The notes beneath the pieces are model-generated. The model made no database searches and was not told the DNA's origin. It worked only from the letters and a program-made list of their open reading frames with translations. A program made the translations under genes and the position numbers. 6,060 nt of DNA from Promethearchaeota archaeon (GTDB taxonomy: Archaea; Asgardarchaeota; Hermodarchaeia; Hermodarchaeales; Hermodarchaeaceae), in the NCBI GenBank assembly GCA_048938295.1, contig JBHLMI010000012.1, forward strand, positions 25,143-31,202. Direction: 5' to 3'. Below, one piece after another: positions 1-5,334 of this stretch. The stretch's first letter is position 1; every line of letters starts with the position of its first letter.

Positions 1-41
1 TACTTGTTGAGAACACGGGAGGTTGGAGCTTTTGAGCCTTT

Positions 42-965
42 CTACTTTTTGTTTTGTTCACTAGCTGTGAAAACGAGATAGACGCCTTGTGGTGGGATAA
101 TACCTCGTTCTGTGATGAGCGCATCAATGTGTTCATGTCCAGTAACATCGAAGAGTGGATTTCGAATTGTAACAGTTGGATTTATTTCTGCAGTGGGAAC
201 GACTTGGCTTGGATTTCCTTCCTCAAGGGTAATGAGACGCCCTGAAATGGTTTCAGGAGAGAATTTGTAACTCCCCACAGCAATGAGGACACGAACCCGC
301 GCAGCGTGGCATAGTTCTGCCAGCGTCGCTGTTCCTACTTTAGAAACTATTGCCCCATTGGCAGCAATAGCTTCGCCTCCGGTTAACAGAATATCAATAT
401 CGGGTAAGAATATGCGCGCAGCGAAATCTGTAATGAGTGTGACCGGGATGCCAAGGTCTGCAACTTCATTGGCTAAAAGACGGCCTTCAAGGTCGGGACG
501 ACTTTCGGCAACGACTACTTGGATTTCCTTCCCTTGCTCTTTGACCTTTTTCAGAATTGCTAATACTGTGGTGCTACGACATAGTGTTAAGATGCGATCG
601 CCGGATCTAATCCGTTTCGCACCAATTTCCCCTATTCGTTGCTTAGCGTCTGCAATTCGGGCTACAAAGTCATCACAGGCGCTCGCAATTGTTTTACGAA
701 TTTTCTGTAATGAGGCTTTTTTCTGATACACCTGTTGGGCTGCATCTTCGATGTAGTCTAGGCAGTTAAGTAAAGCCGCTGAACTTTGACGAGCTTCCCG
801 GAGGCCATAAGCGGCGACATTAATTTGGTCAAGGAATTCCTTTGTAGATCTGGCAGGCGCCTTTAAAGCAATATCTTTTATCGCTGAGGCGGCTGCAATG
901 GCCGTTCCATCAGCACTAGCGATTTCATAATTCTTGAACTTCTTGATGAGCCAATCAACGTTCAA
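42..965 (-). CDS. eIF2B alpha/beta/delta / ribose-1,5-bisphosphate isomerase family protein; divergent paralog, probably catalytically altered (about 307 aa)
   Basis: Colinear along its whole length with the neighbouring R15Pi: AKRIRSGDRILTLCRS, VVVAESRP, GIPVTLITD, TGGEAIAANGAIVSKVGT, SYKFSPET, RNPLFDVT, IDALITERGIIPPQG. The ORF track starts at 1082, but that would overlap the opposite gene head-to-head. A TTG at 965 (LNVDW...) has GGAGG 9 nt upstream (979-975, minus strand) and aligns with the R15Pi N-terminus, so 965 is the preferred start (inference). Confidence 0.88.
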   Translation of the reverse strand: MNVDWLIKKFKNYEIASADGTAIAAASAIKDIALKAPARSTKEFLDQINVAAYGLREARQSSAALLNCLDYIEDAAQQVYQKKASLQKIRKTIASACDDFVARIADAKQRIGEIGAKRIRSGDRILTLCRSTTVLAILKKVKEQGKEIQVVVAESRPDLEGRLLANEVADLGIPVTLITDFAARIFLPDIDILLTGGEAIAANGAIVSKVGTATLAELCHAARVRVLIAVGSYKFSPETISGRLITLEEGNPSQVVPTAEINPTVTIRNPLFDVTGHEHIDALITERGIIPPQGVYLVFTASEQNKK

Positions 966-1030
966 CGTGTACCGCCTCCATGACAGCATTAAATACCTTG
1001 ATTCGGTATTAAATGCCTCGGCGAAGAGTG
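966..1030. promoter_or_regulatory. Compact divergent (bidirectional) promoter region with two TATA-like elements and RBS-like motifs
   Basis: 65 bp between the divergent starts. ATTAAATA at 988-995 reads as a TATA-like box on +; ATTTAATA at 1014-1007 reads as one on -. GGAGG at 979-975 (-) and a weak GAGTG just before ATG 1031. No TSS data. Confidence 0.5.
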
Positions 1031-2008
1031 ATGACATTAATTCCTCCTGAAACTCAGAAAATCGCAGAGGATATTCAGTCAATGCGTACGCGGGGAGCAG
1101 GACGCATCGCCCGTGCCGCAGCCAAGGGGCTAGTTATTGCTGCACAGGAGTCCAAGGCAAAACAAGTTCCTTCATTTCTTCGAGACATAGCTGTTGCGGC
1201 TCAGTTGCTCTATGAAACAAGACCGACTGCTGTCTCATTACCTAATGCATTGAGTTTTTTTTACACCCGGCTACTCAGCCGGCTTGATCAGACCCAAGGC
1301 ATTGCGGCGTTAAAAGAGGCTAGCGTAAAAATTGGCGAAGGCTTTATCGAGATGTCAAATAATGCAGTGAAAACCATCGGGCAAATTGGTTCACGGCTGA
1401 TCCAAGATGGAGACATCATCTTTACTTATTGTAATAGCGCCACAGCCTTCAGTGTCCTAAAAACCGCTTATTCGATGGGGAAGGAATTTAGTGTCTTCGT
1501 GCCCGAGACCCGACCGAAGTATCAAGGGCATATTACGGCTACCTGGCTGGATAAAGCAGGAATCCCATGTTCGTTGATAACAGATAATTCTATTAGGTAC
1601 CTCATTACACGATCTGACAAGGTGTTTGTGGGAGCTGATGCGATTACGGCTAACGGCGCAGTAGTGAACAAGATCGGAACCAGTTTGGTTGCCCTAGCCG
1701 CAGATGAAGCTCGATTAGACTTTTTTGTCGCAGCTGAAAGCTACAAGTTCAGCCCTGCCACGATGGCAGGTGAGTTAGTAGAAATTGAAGAACGGGATAT
1801 CTCGGAAGTCGTCACGAAAGAAAAGCTTGCAGAGTGGAAACATGTGAGTGTTCGTAATCCTGCATTTGATGTCACGCCTCCAGAATACATCGATGCCATC
1901 ATCACCGAGAAGGGCATCATCCCGCCTCAGGGTGCTATCGCAATATTATATCGTGAGTTTGGATGGTATTCCACGGAACAAGCGTTCCCATGGAATCCTT
2001 ATCTCTAA
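1031..2008 (+). CDS. e2b2: Ribose-1,5-bisphosphate isomerase (R15Pi, eIF2B-like family, archaeal AMP/pentose-bisphosphate pathway), about 325 aa
   Basis: All hallmark motifs of Thermococcus-type R15Pi are present: RGAG (1091-1102), ETRPTAVSLPNAL, TYCNS with the catalytic Cys (1430-1432), ETRPKYQG, VGADAI with the catalytic Asp (1637-1639), NKIGT, ESYKF, NPAFDVTPPEYID, and a C-terminal EFGW...PW tail. Start placed at the second Met (1031), which puts Cys and Asp at 134 and 203 versus 133 and 202 in T. kodakarensis (numbering from memory). The ORF-track start at 1013 lies inside the promoter repeat. Confidence 0.93.
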   Translation: MTLIPPETQKIAEDIQSMRTRGAGRIARAAAKGLVIAAQESKAKQVPSFLRDIAVAAQLLYETRPTAVSLPNALSFFYTRLLSRLDQTQGIAALKEASVKIGEGFIEMSNNAVKTIGQIGSRLIQDGDIIFTYCNSATAFSVLKTAYSMGKEFSVFVPETRPKYQGHITATWLDKAGIPCSLITDNSIRYLITRSDKVFVGADAITANGAVVNKIGTSLVALAADEARLDFFVAAESYKFSPATMAGELVEIEERDISEVVTKEKLAEWKHVSVRNPAFDVTPPEYIDAIITEKGIIPPQGAIAILYREFGWYSTEQAFPWNPYL

Positions 2009-2040
2009 AAAACTGAATCAAATTCGCAATTGAACTGACA

Positions 2041-2751
2041 CTATTCTTTAGCCTGTGTACGGATTTCCTTTCGCCATTCTTTGATGCGGGCTTCCGGAAT
2101 ACCAGTAAGCAGTGATAGATCTCGGGAATTTTCGGCTTTGAAGTCATCGAGCGACTCTACACCTAGCTCTTTGAGTAGCTTGACATCAGAACGGGTAATC
2201 TCGGGGAGATCTTTGAGCTCCTTAATCTTAGGCTCTTTAGCCTTCTCTTCACGTGCAGCCTTGGTCTTTTCTCGCCCATACCGTTTCGCAGATTCTACGA
2301 GCTTTTCAGCACGATCCCGTTTCAAATCAGTGATACGTGCTAAGCGTCTGGGTGAAATTCTTGCTAGATCATGAATATTCCTTACGCCTGCCACTACAAG
2401 AGTCTCAGAGAGTTTCTTTGCTACGCCACTAAGATTGGTCAAGTCTGTCTCAATGGGCGTGGGCTCCGGTTCAGGTTTTGGCTTTACCTTTGTTGGCTTT
2501 GGCTTCTCAGCTACTGGTGCCGATTTAGACGCCTTTGGAGCGATTTTTAATTTACTGATGCGTTTAGCGTAATCCTTGAGCAGTTTTACATTTTCAGGGT
2601 GTTTTGTTTTCCGCCGACTATCAATGGGAATTGCCATCCAGCGAGCATCCGCTAGCTCGATACCTGCATCTTTCAGTTCAGAGTGGCTGAACCCCCGACC
2701 CCGGCGAGTTTCACCTGTTTGAGGAGCATGAATTTCTGGTCGAAAGGCCAT
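2041..2751 (-). CDS. rpl13e: 50S ribosomal protein eL13 (L13e) fused to a Lys/Pro-rich linker and two C-terminal helix-hairpin-helix (HHH_5/DUF4332-like) modules
   Basis: The N-terminal ~60 aa carry the eL13 signature RRGRGFSHSELKDAG...AR..AIPIDSRRKTKHPENVKLLK. A K/P/A/E-rich linker follows (aa ~66-101), then two similar ~55-aa units: DLTNLSGV...LVVAGVRNIHDLA...L...TDL and ELKDLPEI...LKELGVESLDDF...L...TGI. GGTGA RBS at 2763-2759, 7 nt before the ATG. Confidence 0.88.
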   Translation of the reverse strand: MAFRPEIHAPQTGETRRGRGFSHSELKDAGIELADARWMAIPIDSRRKTKHPENVKLLKDYAKRISKLKIAPKASKSAPVAEKPKPTKVKPKPEPEPTPIETDLTNLSGVAKKLSETLVVAGVRNIHDLARISPRRLARITDLKRDRAEKLVESAKRYGREKTKAAREEKAKEPKIKELKDLPEITRSDVKLLKELGVESLDDFKAENSRDLSLLTGIPEARIKEWRKEIRTQAKE

Positions 2752-2758
2752 GACTTGT

Positions 2759-2810
2759 TCACCGTTATGCTGAGTGCTGGAGACGTGAAAGGACCCAGCT
2801 AAAAATGTTT
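2759..2810 (-). promoter_or_regulatory. Putative promoter and RBS of rpl13e
   Basis: On the minus strand, AAACATTTTTAG (2810-2799) is an AT-rich TATA-like element ~48 nt upstream of ATG 2751, and GGTGA lies at 2763-2759. Confidence 0.35.
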
Positions 2811-2866
2811 TGACCTAGTAGTCACTATCAGCAAATTATGACAGACTTTCGATGAAACCGAAAAGA

Positions 2867-2923
2867 GAAGAAAACTTAAATTCGTAGGGATATTCGTGGG
2901 AAATTAGTCACTGAGTTAGAGGT
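2867..2923 (+). promoter_or_regulatory. Putative BRE/TATA promoter and RBS of psmB
   Basis: Purine-rich GAAGAAAA is followed by CTTAAAT (2876-2882). GAGGT at 2919-2923 lies 10 nt before ATG 2934. Confidence 0.5.
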
Positions 2924-2933
2924 TTTACAAACC

Positions 2934-3551
2934 ATGATGGGACAAAATGATAATCATCGCTTAATGTCTCACACAACCACTGTTGCTGTGAAAGTGAACG
3001 GTGGGGTGGTTCTTGGTACTGAATCGCAAGCCTCAATGGGTTACCTTGTTGCAAGCGATACGGCACCGAAAATTCTGCAGATTACTGACCATACGGCAAT
3101 GACGATTTCAGGATCCGTTGCCGATGCGCAGCAACTCATCAACAATATTCGCGCAATCGCCCAACTCGAATCTTTAGATACCGGCCGTGAGTTAACCGTT
3201 AAAGCGATTTCACGACTCACATCTTCGATTCTATTTCGAAACCGCATGTTTCCCTTAATCACGATGCTTATCGTCGGTGGAGTTGACAAGGAAGGAGCGC
3301 ACATTTACATGCTCGATCCATTGGGCAGTATGTTGGAGGAGGAGAAATTCACTGCCACAGGAAGTGGATCAGTAGTAGCCTATGGTGTTCTTGAAGATGA
3401 GTATCGCGATAACATGGGTGTGGATGAAGGAAAAGAGTTGGTCACACGGGCTGTCAATGCTGCTCGAAAACGCGATATTGCGTCAGGTGGCGCTATTCAG
3501 ATGGCGATAATTAGCAGTGAAGGCGTTGACATCTCACGCGAACAACTTTAA
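2934..3551 (+). CDS. psmB: 20S proteasome beta subunit (Ntn hydrolase) with a 13-residue propeptide
   Basis: TTTVAV mature N-terminus (Thr1 codon at 2973-2975), Glu17 (GTESQ), Lys33 (APKILQI), ISGSVADAQ (Gly47), LIVGGVD, DPLGS, ATGSGS and RDIASGG. Confidence 0.96.
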   Translation: MMGQNDNHRLMSHTTTVAVKVNGGVVLGTESQASMGYLVASDTAPKILQITDHTAMTISGSVADAQQLINNIRAIAQLESLDTGRELTVKAISRLTSSILFRNRMFPLITMLIVGGVDKEGAHIYMLDPLGSMLEEEKFTATGSGSVVAYGVLEDEYRDNMGVDEGKELVTRAVNAARKRDIASGGAIQMAIISSEGVDISREQL

Positions 3552-3577
3552 ACCTGAAACCTTCTTCGTAGCAGTAC

Positions 3578-4537
3578 CTAGATCACACAGCAGGCATTGT
3601 GTTTGATGACGGTATAATCATTTTTTTCTAGGTATTGGAGCGTAGCTCTGGTAGGCTGAACAAGACGAGTAACCCCCGCCTGAACTGCGAGCTGTTCCGT
3701 TTGATGTCGAATGCGTCCACGGGGTCGCATACAACCAAGGGCGATTTCTGTTTTGGGGAAGAGGAGCCGGGCGATAGCACAGATGCGAGCAATGTCATAG
3801 GGGTGTGGAGGTGGGCTATTACTCATAGGTGTGCCTTTAGTAGGCATTAAGGCGATAATAACAATGACTCTAGGTTCAATGGTTTGTTTGATGAGTTGTA
3901 AGGCATCAAATTCACCGACCAGTTTTCCATTACGGAGACCAACACAAATGTGGGGGGCTGTGGAAATCCTGTGCTTTCTAAGTGCTGTTAGTGTTGTAAA
4001 ATAATCCTTTGTGGTTCGTTGCTGCAACCCATAGACTAGCTGAATAGTTGAGTCGTCACCTACAACATCGACCGACGCACAGTCTATTCCCGTTTGAGAT
4101 AGTTCATCTGCTTGAGAATCGGTGAGGAATCCCGTATGAACATTCAGAAAAAGGTTTGATGAGCGCTTGATGTGTGCTAGAGCGGGTAGAAAGGGAGTAA
4201 GAGGAACAGTTCCGGTGTCGTCGCAGCCGCCACTGATTAGGCAGCCGACACCTCCTCGGTGATCTAGTGCTTCACAGAATGCGATGAGGTTCTGAGGGGT
4301 TGTAATCGCGTGCATTGCTTGAAGGAAATGCCTGGCACAATGTTGACAATTTAGTTTACAGTGATGCCCCGTAATAGAAATAGAGGGAAATTCAGTACCT
4401 GGATGGAAAATGGTAATTTGCCGATTGAAGGCTTCTTCGGTCAGGGTTTGGGTATGTGAGAATAGTTCTGTAAGTTCTGTGGAGGACACTTCGAACCAGT
4501 CACGCAGATTGTTTGCTCCCTTGCTCAAGGAGCTCAT
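3578..4537 (-). CDS. lipS1: Radical SAM sulfur-insertion protein, LipS1-type lipoyl synthase subunit (biotin-synthase-like)
   Basis: CxxxCxxC (CKLNCQHC, 4360-4337) preceded by FPSISITG, then GCLISGGCD and NVHTG. GCMR (3736-3725) and the C-terminal CC (3592-3587) are the two motifs described as distinguishing LipS1. Start placed at ATG 4537, which forms an ATGA overlap with the upstream ligase stop; the ORF track starts at 4564. Confidence 0.85.
   Translation of the reverse strand: MSSLSKGANNLRDWFEVSSTELTELFSHTQTLTEEAFNRQITIFHPGTEFPSISITGHHCKLNCQHCARHFLQAMHAITTPQNLIAFCEALDHRGGVGCLISGGCDDTGTVPLTPFLPALAHIKRSSNLFLNVHTGFLTDSQADELSQTGIDCASVDVVGDDSTIQLVYGLQQRTTKDYFTTLTALRKHRISTAPHICVGLRNGKLVGEFDALQLIKQTIEPRVIVIIALMPTKGTPMSNSPPPHPYDIARICAIARLLFPKTEIALGCMRPRGRIRHQTEQLAVQAGVTRLVQPTRATLQYLEKNDYTVIKHNACCVI
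3621..3627 (+). terminator. Possible archaeal oligo-T terminator for psmB (lies inside the 3' end of lipS1 on the opposite strand)
   Basis: T7 run ~70 nt after the psmB stop. It could equally just reflect the GAA AAA AAT codons of lipS1. Confidence 0.2.
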
Positions 4538-5331
4538 TTCTTTAGCCCCCGTTGGTATGTCCAATCGGACTTTGCATACCAGGATCCTGCTATTTTTTGG
4601 GCAGATTGGAGTTCAGCGTCAGTTAAACCTTCATCGTAGAACCGTGCCGGCAATGTGCTGGATAATCCTTCAATCAGGGCTTCTTCGATTTGACCGAAGG
4701 AGGGAGGTGTTCCGAGTTCATGCTGTAATGAGGTCATGCTATTAACTGCCTTCTTGATTATAGTTTCATCGGCTTTTCGTTTGTTCACCTTCAAGACGGT
4801 GAACATCTTTACAAAATCGAGTTTGCGAAGGATCGTGCCATGCTGAAGCAAGGTGTTTCCACGACGGGATTGGGCATTTCCAGAGATTTTCCGTTTCTTA
4901 ACGAAGAGGTTGGGACAAAAATTCTCTGACCCAGCTGAGTATTTCGCACTGACACCAAGCCGACTCAACCCCATAAGGAGGCCTTGGCATAGATACTGGT
5001 ACATTTCAACGATGTCGGACGAGAGTTGCATATCTTGAGTTCGACAGATAATACTGTAGGTAAGCTCGCCTTCAAAATCATGATACACGGCGCCACCGCT
5101 TGATAGTCGCCGGACGATGTCAACGTTGAGTTTTCGGCAGGCTTCTACATCGACTTCATCTTCGAGATGTTGAAATCGTCCAATAGATACAGCTGAGGGT
5201 TTCCAGCGGTAGAAACGAACCGTATTGGCAGCAGTTTCTTTATGGCAGGCATCAAGCAGAACATGATCAATGGCCATATTTTCATAGGCGTTGAAAATAC
5301 CGGTGCGGATTAAGCGCCATAGTTTTGTCAT
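4534..5331 (-). CDS. lplA: Lipoate/octanoate-protein ligase family, catalytic domain only (LplA-N / sLplA-like; no C-terminal LplB domain), 265 aa
   Basis: WRLI, NMAIDHVLL, VRFYRWKPSAVSIGRFQ, VRRLSSGGAVYHD, ELTYSI, KISGNAQ (conserved Lys at 4890-4888) and LLQHGTIL. It lies between lipS2 and lipS1, with a 3-bp gap upstream and a 4-bp overlap downstream. Confidence 0.9.
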   Translation of the reverse strand: MTKLWRLIRTGIFNAYENMAIDHVLLDACHKETAANTVRFYRWKPSAVSIGRFQHLEDEVDVEACRKLNVDIVRRLSSGGAVYHDFEGELTYSIICRTQDMQLSSDIVEMYQYLCQGLLMGLSRLGVSAKYSAGSENFCPNLFVKKRKISGNAQSRRGNTLLQHGTILRKLDFVKMFTVLKVNKRKADETIIKKAVNSMTSLQHELGTPPSFGQIEEALIEGLSSTLPARFYDEGLTDAELQSAQKIAGSWYAKSDWTYQRGLKK

Positions 5332-5334
5332 GTA

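Noticed and set aside
1-41. Possible 3' end of a + strand gene (LVENTGGWSF*, stop at 33-35) converging on the paralog
   Set aside because: Too short to support; it needs flanking sequence.
283-726. 147-aa + strand ORF (and the 63-aa ORF at 54-245)
   Set aside because: Antisense shadows of the eIF2B-family gene, with no recognisable motifs.
42-965. Annotation as methylthioribose-1-phosphate isomerase (MtnA)
   Set aside because: It lacks the MtnA N-terminal extension and the RGAP and HCN motifs. It is colinear with, and most similar to, the neighbouring R15Pi.
966-1082. N-terminal extensions of the two eIF2B-family ORFs (1082 on -, 1013 on +), giving a 70-bp head-to-head coding overlap
   Set aside because: The extensions have no similarity to the family. 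Downstream starts (TTG 965 with GGAGG, ATG 1031) align with each other's N-termini and remove the overlap.
1848-2374. Small ORFs 1848-2033, 1935-2147 and the Ser-rich 2081-2374
   Set aside because: They overlap well-supported genes. The Ser/Leu richness of the last one is the antisense reading of Lys/Glu-rich codons in the eL13 fusion.
2848-2914. Possible C/D box sRNA (CGATGA...CTGA) in the rpl13e/psmB spacer
   Set aside because: The C box is imperfect, there are no clear C'/D' boxes or terminal stem, and the region is better explained as the psmB promoter.
3551-3578. Functional link between psmB and the lipoate genes (or R15Pi and eL13) based on adjacency
   Set aside because: The pairs are convergent on opposite strands with no shared operon; the short spacers most likely reflect genome compaction.
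3578-4537. Annotation as biotin synthase BioB or classical LipA
   Set aside because: It lacks the LipA CX4CX5C motif and has the LipS1-specific GCMR and terminal CC motifs, with lipS2 and a ligase adjacent.
4538-4564. Upstream Met (4564) for lipS1
   Set aside because: It would overlap lplA by 31 bp. The ATG at 4537 gives the canonical ATGA coupling.
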